DNA of 64,000 nt, from the NCBI GenBank assembly GCA_024679065.1, contig JAGIQG010000002.1, positions 79,360,001 through 79,424,000 of the forward strand. The letters run 5' to 3'. A program made the position numbers and the translations under genes. Under the pieces are notes generated by a model, which saw nothing but the letters and a program-made list of their open reading frames with translations, was not told the origin of the DNA and did not search any database. The first letter of the stretch is position 1, and every line of letters starts with the position of its first letter. This DNA is from Sphyrna mokarran. Its lineage: Eukaryota. Below, piece by piece: positions 47,091 to 60,521 of this stretch.

Positions 47091-50000
47091 AAAGGTACAT
47101 TTACAGTTCTTGCGGTCTGTACTCAGCTTCATTTTCACCCTGCCCCTACCATCCCTGAGATCTGAAGGCTGAAGCCCATCCCTAGTATACATTGTCTCTT
47201 TCTCCCCACCTGTCGCACACACTTGCTCTTTCCTGCCACACCCCTCATACTTACTCTCCTCTCCCACCCTCTCTCACCACAACTATCGTAGTGGGAAATC
47301 TTGAGGTGCACGAGTTGTAAGAATGCGTGTTTGTCGTATCATCTCTCAATATTCTAAAACTCTGCTTCCCTATGTATTTGAGTCCCCAGATGTCTTTAGT
47401 GAAAGTATTAGTGCTGATTGGCATTTCATGCATTTACATTCAAAGAGTTAATATCTAAAGCATTTGTATCTACCGCTGTATCATTTTCAATAGTGAAAAT
47501 AAATACAAAACATATATATTTGTATTTCCTATTCACAATTCTAACAACCATGCTAAATCTTTCAAAAGGACCTGTGAGGTCTTTCTGGCCACTAACAAAA
47601 ATTATCAAACTACCATGGGACCTGATCAGTTGTTTCTTTCCAATGCATTTGTTGGCATTCAATTGTAGATCTAGTTAACTTCAGCAGTAACTGATACTAT
47701 ACCTATCAATGCTTTATACTTTGTGAAATATTTATTTTTGGGGCTATCTTCTGACTCTTCAGACAAATAGCTTCATATTCTTCTTCTCCATAACTTATCT
47801 CCATCAACCAGCACACGCCAATCTCAATTTTTATGCCACAACACTTAATTTATTCTTACAGCTGGGGACATGGAGTTGTCTACAGCAATAATTTTCTCAA
47901 CCAATTGGAATACGATGAAACAATGATTATTGATAATGAATTGAGGGATTAAAACGTGGACGTTCCCACCAGAAACAATGGCAGGAATCCACTTCATCAT
48001 ACGTTTCATATCTGAAAATTAAAATAAATAGAGAAATATGGGAAATAGGATGCTGCGGATAGTTCTGAGAACCGTGCAGTAACAATGATGGGCCAAATAG
48101 CTTCCATCTGTAAAATTCTACAGTTCCCACACAGAAAATAGGAATACTACTACTGATTAAATCCATAACTTCCCAACATGTTGAGCAAGGAAGAAATTCT
48201 TGCCTGCACTCTCAACTATTTTTCTCCTGCCACACTATTTATAGAGCAAGGTAACACAGCCCAATTTCTGACCAATCATCTTTCTTTCATTATATACACA
48301 GCCAATTTTAGATATTGTGGTTATGCTTTAAATAGGATAAATATGAAATATTTATTAGATTGGGCAGCCTAAAGAAGTCACAGTCCTAGGGTTGAGATTT
48401 TATCATATAGGCCATTGGCTTTATTCGCCCCTGAACATGATGACGCAAAGGAAGAAAGGATATTAATCAAAAAGCAAAAAGCATTGTTCTTTCTGAAGAA
48501 TTGCAGGTGAAAAACGGACTGACAAGGCCTCACCTCAGTGCTAGGTTGAGAGATTGACCTAGAGACTGTGCTTCTCTCTCCTGCTGAGCTGGTGGTGTTC
48601 TCCTATACCCCGCATCATTCAGTGAAAATGGCTGCAATAACTCTTTGCAAAAATGGAGGTAAAACCAATGCAGGTAAAAGTTAATTTAATGCCTGAACAA
48701 CGTTACCTTTGGGAGTTCACACATTGTTAGACCTCACCAGAGTTCTTACAAACTTTCCATATTGACTTTTGGGAAGGCCCCCTGAAGCCAGTGGTGCTTT
48801 GGAAGCACGAATTTGAGACAGAGTTCTTTCTGGCCTGTAACTCACCCGTCTTTTATTTTTAATAAACTGAATTATTTGAAGCATTTTCCTCCATGAGATT
48901 CATGTAGGTCCCAAAAATAATGATCAAGCATAATTTCCTGCTATTTATGCCAGGAGGGGGCATTGGAATGGGATCAAAGGAAACTCTGTGGGTGCAGAGA
49001 CTCTTAAATAGCTCAATGAAGGAATTTTATTTCGTAATGTCTACACTACTACTGTGGTGCTTTTGTTTGACTTGTTTCCATTCTCTTTTTTTTTCTTTTA
49101 AATATTTTTTGCAAAATAATTTGGCAGCAATTTATTCTCTCTTTCAAATAAATTTCTTAGCAATAAAATTCAGCACACATTGCCAAGTGTCAGCAGTGGC
49201 TCGGTAGGACTACTCTTGCCTCTGAGTTAAATGGTGATCCATCAGTGCTTCCTTCACTCCAGAGGCCTGAACATGCATTTACATTGAAGTTCAGTATTGA
49301 ATTGCAGCTGCGTTGCTTATCGTTTAGGTTCATGTGCTGGGCTCCATGTCGAGGATGGGGATGTTCACAGAGTTTCCTCTTCCTTGCTTACTCCTGTTCA
49401 TGACTGCATGTGGTAGCATTACAGATGTTAATATCTCTAGGTAGCTCCTATTAAATTATATTCAGCTTTCAATTTTCATTCCAACGTCACCTCTGTCATG
49501 ATCTCGGCTGACAGTTTCACTGGGCAAACTTAACCAAATGCCTTTTGGAAATCCAAGTCAGATATAGAAACTAGATAGCTTTATTCCACTACTTTATGAC
49601 CTCAAAGAATTCCTGGACATTTGTGAGATATACTCCTTTCTTTTAAGTAAGGGCTGACGATCCTTTATAGTCTTCTGTTAAAAACAGAGCTTATACAATA
49701 ATACATTTCAGCACAATTTATATCATATTGTGCAATTATAAAAATGTATTTTCTTGAAGGCAGCACTTGTTTTGATTCTCTTTTAATTTGAAGTTTCTGT
49801 CAAATCGACATGAAATCCTTTGGGCTTTTTCTCTCAGTAACAACTTCCACCAATGGTTTCCATTCACTGCAAATAAAAGCCAGGAATGAGAAATGGAAAT
49901 CCTGAACTTGTCCTATTGCCAAGAATGCTCTGTTAATGGAACTTATTTTTGTTCAGTAGTTTTGTTACAATATAGTTTTTCATGGCCCCTAATGGATTAT

Positions 50001-51010
50001 TAAAACAATTGCTAACTGAATTAAGTGTGTCACAATTTTTTTTAAAAAAAGGTACTTGGGTCTGGAATTCTATTCAATGACCTCTTACTGAAAAATTGTG
50101 TGGACGGGGGCTAGGCAGATAATAATAGGGTCAGGTTTATGCAACTTAGTCAACAACAAAAAAAAAATTGCTTTAAATCATACATGACAAATGGCTGCCT
50201 AGACAAGGTACCATTGTCTAGGTAGACAATAGAACAGAAAAAAAAACACTACCCAGAATGAAGTCAGTATCTTCAGGAGCAGTGGGCAGAAAAGTCTGGA
50301 AAAAAATAATGTTTTATTCCATGCATATTTTGATTTACAGTCTACAGGATAGCATTTATATGCAGAACTAACGCAGAACATCTCAAACTTTGTCTATTGC
50401 AGCATGTTGTGGAAACTAACATATCTTTGCTTTACTTTAAGCTCTACACTTTACTTGGTCACATCTTATGTTGCAGAAATCATCTCATCTTTATCTAGAA
50501 CTGTCTTCAGTTTACTTGCAAATCCAGTTGCAGTCAGTACTAATCAAAGCTGTGCAAGTAAAAATTACTGAACACCTTTTAAACAGAGAGAAAAATGTTC
50601 AATTATTTAAACATTCAAAAGCACTTCTACCCAGTTTCGACCTGAGCAATTCATCTCATATTTCAACAGACCACGAGAATGCCAGCTGAGAAAGGTGACT
50701 GGGTTAGCATGTGCAAAGTAGAACATGAAGTTGAATGAATGGATATTGTGACTGTAAAAATGGACAGGGACTTAAAAAGGTATGGTATCCAAATGTTTAA
50801 TTAACCCGCTCCTGCTGGTTTGTATGATAATTGCGTGCAGTCGGCATCAAGTGCACTACTGAGTGACATGCAACACTCTGCAGGAGCCCCAAGTGTGTGT
50901 AACACTATCACCACTTAAAGGCAGTCTACACTAATTCAAGGCAGACAGCACTGCTTAGAGGTGCTGGAACTAGTAATACAAGAGAGTGTCAGCAATAAGA
51001 TCATTAAGTT

Positions 51011-51900
51011 ATGGCAGAACGGGAAAGACAGCACATTCTGAGATTCTCTTACGCGGTACTGAATCCCTTGGTGGAGAAGGTGGACATGAAAGTTCCTCTA
51101 TCCCAAGTAGGTCAAGAGGTCCTCCATTCAAACTGTGCAAAAACAGTGAGACCAGATTGCTGTGATGGACAATGCCAGGCATGTAGCCCCGAGGATGTGG
51201 ATACATAGCCACAAGACATTTTATGACCTCACAGGAATGGGCAAGGTCAGTAAAATTCATCTTCAAGTGTCACATTCCAAAAAAACTGCATTGCTAGATT
51301 CACAAATTACTCAGTGCATAACCTAAATCCAAACCTAAACCCACAGTGGTTAGCACTGCTGCTTCAAAATGCCAGAGATCGAGGTCCAATTCCTGCCTTG
51401 GATAACTGTCTGTGTGGTGTTTACATTCTCCACGTGTCTGTGGGGACTTCCTTCAGGTATTCTGGTTTCCTCCTACAGACCAAAGATGCATGGGTTAGGT
51501 TGATTGACCATGCTGAGTTATTCTTTACTGTCAGGGGTACAAGCAGCATACATATGTGGGGTTATGGGGATAGGCCCTACATGAGATTGTTGTTGGTACA
51601 GGCTCAATGACCTCCTTCCACACTGTAGGGATTCTATCTCAGTTTTCCCATATTACCAATTAGTCAACAATGAAGTCACATCATCCAGACACATTCACCA
51701 CATTCACTAAAAATTTCCTCTCTTTTGGAACAAGGTGACACACAGCCAGATGCAGCAGCCCTGACCAGTGGAAGATAGCCATGACTACACACTGAAGTGC
51801 TGACGGAAAAGACAGTGGTCATGATTATTAGTGTAGCCAGCACCACAATCATGGTCAGTCAGAGAACTGAAGAAATTGAAGATGACATCCTCACATCATA
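51011..51900 (+). mobile_element. Decayed Harbinger Myb/SANT-like gene with an HE1 SINE (about 51340-51640) in its intron
   Basis: MAERERQHILRFSYAVLNPLVEKV, then after a frameshift QIAVMDNARHVAPRMWI..KTFYDLTGMGK|gtcagt. Second part caaggtgacacacagc at 51731. Confidence 0.65.
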
Positions 51901-54225
51901 ATCCTCTCGCATCACAAGGATAGACAATAAATGCTGTCCTTGCTAGTGATATTGACATCTTATAAACACATTGTAAAGGTCTCTCCCTTATCCATCAATC
52001 TCATCTGATTTACAATCTGGAAATAGTGTAAGCCTACACTATTTCTAGATTTTGCTTTTTCTGTCTCCATCCCTGCCATGTTCTCTCACTACAACCTTAC
52101 TTTCCTTTCAGATGGCCAAGAGTTGCAGGAAAAGTTGGAAACACAAACACAGGGATGAAGAAACTCAGTCAAGTCGCTCATTCACACCTGCAGACATCAG
52201 CTGATATATTGATGCTACACAAACCTTTGGGGGGAGATGAAAAGCAGAATCTGCCTGTAGTGAGATATGCATCATCTGAAGCTAGGACAAAGGACAACGT
52301 CATGCATTAGTTGTGCCCAAGAGGATTCAGATGAATGTTTCTATTGGATCGACTCTAAAACAAGGCTGTTGGACATACACACTAAAATATTTGGCAGATC
52401 TGTCAGAAAACATCGATGCAACACAAAGAGGAGTCCAGCACCAACTTGACAGGCTTCATGTAGAACCTGAAGACTATCCTTGTCAGTGGAGAATTCATGG
52501 CTGACTAAAACTTTTGGAAGTGAGAACTGGAACACCTTAGTGATGTTACTGAATGACTAATAATCTGGAAACAAATCCCCTCACAGCAGCTAGGTAAGTT
52601 AAGTTCTTTAAATAAATCTTCAATAAAAAATCTAGTGTGAAGAATGTTGACCACATAATACCACACTGTTGTAAAAACCATGAAGAACAGTGACCACATT
52701 ACAGAACACCTTCACTCAGTCTACAAGTATGACCCTGAGTTTCCTGACATTTGTCATATCAATTCCCCACTTTGTTGCCTTTCTGTCCTTGCCAAGGCAG
52801 ATAGGGAATTACTGCCCTGGGAAACCACCCAACTCTATAGTTAAAGCATCACTTGTTTCAATGTGGCACACCATCCACCTGAATCCTGATTTCCAGGCCA
52901 CAGATACCCTCCACTTCCACTTGGCCGATTTCAGAACGCAGTCAGAAGAAAGGCATGAAGAATTGTATCAACGTCTGATTACCATCTTTGAGGAAAACTT
53001 CTAGCTGTAAATTGGGCTCTATCATCTACCTCTTGATGAGGACGGACAGATCGCACTGAGCACACAGTGCTCATATGTTGGCGACTGCTCATTCAGCCTA
53101 ACCTACCAGATCAAATGAAATAGTTAGCCCAGGTCACGCACCTTGACATCCATCAAATCAGAGATCCCATAAGCCTTGGATTCTCTCTCAGATGAGATTT
53201 GCACATCTGTTGATGCCAAGGCTCTCTGTACTGTCACTTAGTTTATTTATTAGTCACAAGTAAGGCTTAGATTAACATTGCAACGAAGTTACCGTGAAAT
53301 TCCCCTAGTCACCACATTGAGGTGTGTCTGTTTGGGTCATGCACCTAACCAGCACATTTTTCAGATTTCCTCCTTCCAGGAATACCACACAGTTGCTCTC
53401 ATCCAACAAGCTCTGACTCTATAACTCATGCACATGAAAGGCCGTGTGCCCATTGTGTAAGCAAGCAAGTCCAGCAGGTAAAGCTATTTTTTTTGCCAGA
53501 TCAAAAACACCACTAAAGGTCACAAGGTAACTGCTATTCTTGATAGTGCTGATAATGAAATCATTTGCTTATTTAGATGAAGGGGAGGAGGAACCTGCTG
53601 ATTTTTTATTGGATTAAGCTGCACTCCATGTAAAGATTCATCACATTACTTAGATGCATTCTTCAAGCACCACTATATTCAAGTAACTATGACCAGTGAT
53701 TCTACAGTTATGAAACTTGGTGCCCCAGTCAAGAGTATATTCCCAATCTGCTCATCACCTTTACATGTTGTCTGTGAAATACGCTTCTCTCCATCCAGTA
53801 ACTATCACAGCCTTCCTTCCAAAGTCTGGTCATGTTGAGGTACTTGCAGACACTCCATCCTTGGAAACCAATTGTATTAATTTATCCAGCGAAACACTTA
53901 GCGTTAGTTTGTAATCCCACCATCTATGTTTATGATCACATGTATTTGGTATTCCCTCAGTCGATTAGTTGATAAAGGGACCTCAACATTTTCAGGTGAA
54001 CCATTCTTTCTTCCATCAGGACTAAAGGGTATCAAACCATCCAGCATTTGGCTAGCACCACATATTTTGATCAATGTAATTAACACGATTTGCATGGCAA
54101 ATCACGTGAACTGCAAGTCATATCATACAATAAGCATATTGCTTGGGTATGACCTTGCATTCACCACCAAAAAAGAAGCCTCATCACAAGGGGAGGGAGC
54201 TGCTTACCAAGCAATGCCAACATAC

Positions 54226-55560
54226 GGATGAACTTAGGGCCTTAATGTTTGCGAGGAACTTGGATGTGGTTGCAGTGACGGAGACGTGGTTAAAGGAAGG
54301 GGACCAGTGGCAACTGAATATTCCTGGGTATAAGTGTTTCAGGCGTGACAGAGGAGGGTCCAGAAGAGGTGGGGAGTGGCATTGTTAGTTAGGGAGAGCA
54401 TCACAGCAGTGCAGGAGGATGATAATACAGAGGAGTTAGGAGTGGAGTCGCTGTGGGTGGAGTTGAGGAATAGAAAGGGGGCGATTACTATATTAGGGGT
54501 GTATTTATGGGCACCCAACAGCCCGTGGGAGGTTAGTTGAGAAGGTCAAGGCTAATGGGATACAAGGACAGGTAGCTAAATGGATAAGTAACTGGCTTGG
54601 TAATAGGAGACAGAGAGTAATAGTGGAAGGGTGTTTTTCTAGCTGGAGGTCAGTCACTAGTGGTGTGCCACAGGGCTCGGTACTGGGACCTCTTCTATTT
54701 GTAATATATATATATAAATGTCTTGGAAGAAGAAGTAAGTGGAGTGATCAGCAAGTTTCCAGACAATACAAAGATGGCTGGACTTGCAGATAGTGAAGAG
54801 TATTGTCAGGCAATGCAGCAGGACATAGATAGGCATCTATCTTGGGAAGATAGATGGCAGATGGAATTCAATCCTGAGGTGGTGCATTTTGGGAGAAAAT
54901 GTACGGGAGGTATATGATAAAGGGTAGACCTATTAAGAGTATAGAAACGCAGAGGGACCTGGGGGTGCAGGTGCACAAGTCTCTGAAGGGGGCAGAGCAG
55001 GTGGAGAAGGTTGTGAAGAAAGCATATAGTATGCTAGCCTTTATAGGAAGGGGTATAGAGTACAAGAGCTGGCTTTTAATGTTGCAGTTGTATAAAACGT
55101 TGGTTAGACCTCATTTGGAATACTGCTTCCAGTTCTGGTCGCCTTACTACCGGAAGGACGTGGAGACTCTGGAGAGAGTGCAGAGGAGGTTTACCAGGAT
55201 GCTGCCTGGTATGGAAGGTCTGAGTTACGAGGAGAGGTTAGGCAAACTGGGGCTGTTTTCCTTAGAAAGGCGTAGGCTTAGAAGAGATCTAATAGAGGTG
55301 TACAAGATTATGAGGGGTATAGATAGAGTAAACAGGGTTAAGCTTTTTCCTAGGATGGACTCAAATAGCATGAAGGGTCACGGGTTTAGGGTGAGGGGGG
55401 TAAGGGATAATTTGGATGCTAGAGGAAGTTTTTTCACACAGAGGGTGGTGGGGGGTATGGAATGTGCTGCTAAGTAAAGTGGTAGAGGCAGGCACTGTGG
55501 AATTATTTAAGAGATACTTAGATGGGAACATGAACAGAATGGGAATGGAGGGATATAGAA
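54226..55560 (+). mobile_element. Young CR1 LINE with an internal deletion fusing APE to mid-RT
   Basis: DVVAVTETWLK..LNIPGYKCFRRDR (APE), then [18 protein letters not shown] and ORF 54899 (LVRPHLEYCFQFWSP). Confidence 0.9.
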
Positions 55561-55779
55561 AACTGATTTAAAATAGGGATCATAAGCCATGGGAATCACT
55601 GGGAGGTGTGTAAACAGACGATATATTGATGTACTTGTTTTTATCCTACAGGTGCTTTGGTTCACCTTGTTGTCTAACAAGGGGCATACACGCAATGGGT
55701 CATGAGAGGGCTGCTCTTGGATTTTGAGAGTATCCTAGAGTTTCACGTCGTTAGTGTACGCTTGACCTGGACCATTTGA

Positions 55780-56090
55780 TGGGCAGCACAACAGCTCAGC
55801 GACTATCGCTGTGCTGTGCAGATATATGGATTTGGGCCTGTGGGAGTTTGCGCATTCTCCCCGTGCTTGCGTGGGTTTTCTCTGGGTGCTCTGGTTTCCT
55901 CCCACATCCCAAAGATGTGCTCTTAGGCTAATCGGCAGAACAAATTCTTCCTAAATTGTCTCAAATTTGGTTTCAATCCATAGATCTATAAACATAGACA
56001 GGGATCACGGGTAGAGGTGGGAACATCAGGGTGGCGGCATGGGCTCGTTGGGCCGAAGGGCCTGTTTCCTGTGCTGTTTTGTTCTTTATA
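55780..56090 (+). mobile_element. V-SINE variant with CR1 tail
   Basis: Core ggagtttgcgcattctccccgtg..tttcctcccacatcccaaagatgtg and tail gggccgaagggcctgtttcctgtgctg. Confidence 0.75.
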
Positions 56091-57464
56091 AGCGTAATCG
56101 ATCGTCTATTCTTGTGAATGCCCATCACATTCTGCTTCCACACCCACACATTTCTTCCAGAATATAATGACCATTTTGATCCAGAATTCCTAGATTACAA
56201 TGGAAAAGCTAGATCGTTTAAGGCTAGTGACAACCAGAAATATATTCACAACATGAAATGTCACCTTCCCCAGTGTGGCTAAAAAAAACATTTGGAGTTC
56301 AACAAAAAGTTGATGACCTTGAAATCTTTGCCAGATCTGGGAAGGTGGGGACCACTACTGTTTACCTAAATTCATAATTTTGTGTGAAGACAAGTATGAA
56401 CTTTTGGCCTGTCATAGCATTCACTGATGTGTGCTGTAGTAAGTTGCAACCTTCACTCGTGCCAGATGTTGACTTGCTTTTGAATAAGATTATCTGATGA
56501 AAACACAATTGCAACAGGTCTAACCAATGTCTTTTGAGAGATTCTATCTGCATAATCTTCTACGCAATGATGGGGTAATCAGATCCTGCAAAAGGGATTC
56601 GTGTATAAACCCAGTCTGCCATTCTTAGATCTGAAATTGTTCTTTAACATGTTTTGCCCACAGTTATCTTCCTGAGCATAGCTGTCAAGTTTGCCAATGA
56701 TCTTCACTGTGCTGGTAACAGTCCTAAAAAATTTCTTCACAACTGGCAACATGTATTACATGCTTTGCCATGATGTAAGCTTCACTTAAAAATTGCCCTC
56801 TGCCCTAAGATTAGAACTATTCAACCCCAGAGCACCCTGCAAACTGTTTCACACTTTAAGGCCACCTGCTCTTTCTACTCTCCAGTGGAGGAGATTTCTG
56901 GCATGAAATGTTTCATGGGGGTTCACAGAATTGTATCAAAAGTCTTTCCCCAGTGTGACTCTCAACTCCTTGGATGGAAATACTGCCAAACAGCATGTTA
57001 ATGAAAGGACTGAATGGACAGATGATCTCTGCAAAAGCTTCCAATTGGTAAAATCTTCTCTTTCATCTGATAAAATCATTATCCTTTTCCATTCAATTAA
57101 ATCTGGTGTGTTACAGACAGCACTGTCAAGAAGCATCACATTACATCCACCCAGTGAGATCTACGGCAACACCTCAAACTTACAGTTTGACATGAAGCAA
57201 ACAGCATGATCTTCAATCACCTGACTGCCTTGTGAACTTCACAAGGCTCTTCAGTTCATATATTGTGCATTCCAAGCATCATCCTTGTATCACAGACAGA
57301 AAACTAAAGGTGTGCAGAGAACATTCTACCAGTCCATGTATCACAATCTTTCTTTCCACACTCATGACCATGCCTCTGCCAGTCAGTTCTGTGAACTTCC
57401 CAACAGATTTTGCAAGTTGCAATGCTTCTGAATGGAATCCGAGTATCAAATCTGTTCGTCAGAG

Positions 57465-57665
57465 CATGAGGAAGGGAGGGAAGGAAGGAGGGGGAGGGAG
57501 GGAGCGAACACCATCAGAGCATGCAGAGGGAAAAAGGGAGAGAGGGAGCGCCATCAGAGAGTGGAGGGAGGGAGCACTGTCAGAGTGAAAAGAGGGATTG
57601 AGCAGTATTGGAAAGCGACGGAGGGAATAAGTACTGTCAGACAGTGGGAGACTGAGTGGACGCTG
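57465..57665 (+). repeat. Purine-rich degenerate repeat (gagggagc..tcagag units)
   Basis: About four imperfect units: gagggagcgaacaccatcagag, gagggagcgccatcagag, gagggagcactgtcagag, gagggaataagtactgtcag. Confidence 0.6.
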
Positions 57666-58929
57666 TTAAACAGTTTGAGTTTGACAGCTCCATTTAAAAT
57701 ATTGCCAATGAACAAAAGGCAGAACTTTGGGTCAATGACAAACAGGTGGTTGTGGCGGGGGGAATTGTAGGCATGGCTCTGCTGGAATTATACTCGCCAC
57801 TTCCAGACTTCCTTTGTTCATTGCTGGAGCCAGAACCAGAACATGCAATGGGCTCCAGTGTAAAATGGGCAGATTGAATCACATTCAGTAACAGGTGGAC
57901 CTGCTTCACCAGTGACCTGAAGATCAGGGCCATAGTCTTCATTTGGGAACACTGTAGAATCTGCTGTTGTGATTCAAGGGATATCACACTAATTAATTTA
58001 TTATGCAATTGAGTCTAAATAAACTCTGCAGATTAAAAATTTCCATTTGGTTGTTTTTCAAAACATTTTTATTTCAATCTTACAAAGATTTAGCACATTC
58101 AAACATAAACTGCTCACAAAAAGAATAGACTATTGAATTTTTCAAAATGAAGTTAGAAAAAAAAAATCTTTACTCATCCTCATTCTATTCCAACAGAGGC
58201 TCCACTCAGCGCATTAACTTGTTTTTTCTTTTCTGAACTTGGCAGGCTTGCTGCATATTTCCAGCATTTTATGTATTTATTTTACAGGCTACATTTTATG
58301 AATCCACTTGCTTGGCATTGAGCTTCTCCCTGTAGGGCTACAAAGAGGGAATGGAGCCTATTTGATGATGTACAATCCCTATACGTATTTTTATATTAAA
58401 TTCAAATTCAAATTCCTGCAGCCATTGCATACAAGGCAGAAACAGGTAAATTTTAGAAATTATTGATCCAAAGAAAATGATAAAATGCCCAATTTGAATC
58501 TTGCATGCTGCATTACATACAACATTCAAAGTAATAAACTGGTGTTTTGATGAAGAAATTCAATAGCAGTAATCAGAAGGATTATGATTCTATTTCACAT
58601 CAGCTTTCCCTTTATTGAAGCAAAGAGTTTATCAATGACATTTCTTCGGGCTTCAGATATGGAAGGCTATTACAGCTAGGTCAATGGGACCACCTGGCCA
58701 GGAATGTGTACATCTGTCCTGCAATCTGTTAACAATATTTCTGTCCTTGAAGCAAGTTCTCTTTCTTAAAAGCATCTTGATTATTTCATCTCAAACAGCT
58801 ACAATGCATACCAGAACATGCGACTCAGAGTGATACTGAGAATCTTAAGCAGAGTGTGCCAATTATTCCTTAATGTGCACTGCAATCCACAAAGGAGCCC
58901 CAACATTCCTGATCAATAACACCAAATTG

Positions 58930-59142
58930 CCTTCATAAATCATCTTTTAAGCATAATAAGGCATCCCAAGGTATTTCACAGGAATATTATCAAACAAAAT
59001 TTGACGTCAAGCCACATTAGGAGATAGGAAGACAGATGATTCAAAGCATGGTGAAAGAGGTGAGTTGAAGGAATATTTCAATAGAATGCACAGAGTGGTT
59101 TAGGGAGGGAGTTTTAGATCTCCTGTCTAAACAGCTGAAGTT
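58930..59142 (-). mobile_element. Old L2-like 3' fragment
   Basis: Homologous to 990-1126. Confidence 0.5.
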
Positions 59143-59199
59143 CACATCACTTTTTGAATGTATGAACACATGCTCCATATGTAAACCAGCATTGACCTT

Positions 59200-60110
59200 G
59201 TATATTCAATGTTCCTGCATTTATTTGCATTAGTAAGAAAGACGAGAAAGACAGAGCAGAAAATTATTGAGCTGATAATAGCTATCTCGTAACAACAGAT
59301 ACACTGAAATCTATAATTAAAGACAGAATGAAAACTTAGAGGAATTTGAGCTATTAACAAAAGCGAACATTTGTCAAGGCCTGGCTACATCTGATCAAAC
59401 TAACTGAACTTTATTGAAGAAGTAACTAAAATAGTGGATGGGCGAATGGAAATGGATGTGGTTTGTATAGGCTTTTAGAATTGCAATAAGATTCTACATA
59501 GCAGACCATTAGCTGAAATTATTGCAATACATTAATTTCATGAGCTAAGTTATGTATTGACCTGATTGATTAGGCAGATTAATGGTAACTTCAATTGGAA
59601 GAAAGTGATTAGTGGTCTGTCACAAGAATCTGTGCTAGGGCTTCAACTATTCACTATACTATAATGACCTAGATAATATAAAAGGCAGCCATATATCCAA
59701 TTATGTCAATTCCAAAAAGATTGATGGTATAGTAAATAGTGCATTTAGTGGCATAAGACTATGAAGAAACATTAATAGATTAAGTGAATGAGCAAAATTA
59801 TGACACATGGATTTCAACATAGATAAATGGTGAGTCATTCACCTTAGGTCACAAAATATCAGAGTATTATTTAAATAAAGTTAAAAATGGTGTGCAACTT
59901 TCTCCCACAAAGCACTACATTATAAATTCACATCATCACATTTCAATTATGAATTTTAATCCAAAGCAATAGATTTTGCTAGCTAAAGGTATTAAGGGGT
60001 ATGAAATCATGGCAGGTGGATGGAGGTAAGATGCAGATCAAACATAACTTAAGTGAATGCAGAACAATCTTGAAAGAATGAATAACTGACCTTAGTCCTT
60101 ATACTCTTAC
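59200..60110 (+). mobile_element. Old CR1 RT fragment
   Basis: Residual ctaactgaactttattgaagaagtaac, gtctgtcacaagaatctgtgctagggc and gattaagtgaatgagcaaaa motifs, followed by tail. Confidence 0.6.
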
Positions 60111-60521
60111 AAAAAAAACACTACTCCGTTTTTAGGTAGAACTTGTAATATTACATTCCACCACTTAGTGTCAGTCTAAACTGTGTTTGTGAAATAATGT
60201 GCCTTTGTTTTAAACCATATTGTTACTGTTGTAACGTTAATATCCCAAGTCAATAAGGCCATATTCAAACCATGCACATATTTTAAACAAATATTGTGAA
60301 AGCTTAATAGAAAAACCAAAGCATTATAATATCTCTGTTCACAATGCAAAAGGAAAATTGAAACAGAGTTGGAAAAGTCACTGTTAAAATAAGTAAATGC
60401 GACTATTCTCAAATGCAATGTGAGTAAGAATGTGAACGATGAAGAATGTTAAGATAAACTCACCACTGACATGGGACTACTTGAAGGCTTTCAAGTCAGC
60501 CCAAATGAAAACAAGATCCTT

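Larger units (their letters stand above)
52760..57460 (+). mobile_element. Decayed Gypsy-like LTR retrotransposon internal region (gag, protease, RT, RNase H), split by a CR1 and a SINE
   Basis: gag-like QIGNYCP..NSIVK..ERHEELYQRL (ORF 52690), SRTLTSIKSEI..ALDSL (53135), CPLCKQ (53446). RT-like QPSLVPDVD (56447), KGIRVY (56590), VKFANDLHCAG (56684, relic of the DD motif). PTDFASCNA near 57400. No LTRs recognised. Confidence 0.7.

Noticed and set aside
47255-47394. Open stretch ending in GGAGA|gtaagt as a cassette exon
   Set aside because: Weak acceptor, the open frame is phase 1-2 and so incompatible, and there is no DGK similarity.
48738-48834. Possible exon ttacag|GCCAGA..CTCTG|gtgagg
   Set aside because: No pyrimidine tract, a stop in the phase-1 frame and no recognisable homology.
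60464-60520. Minus-strand LFSFGLT*KPSSSPMSV ending at a gtgagt donor, as the upstream DGK exon
   Set aside because: It has an in-frame stop and the wrong phase for the phase-1 acceptor at 45285. The true exon is probably beyond 64000 or was not recognised.
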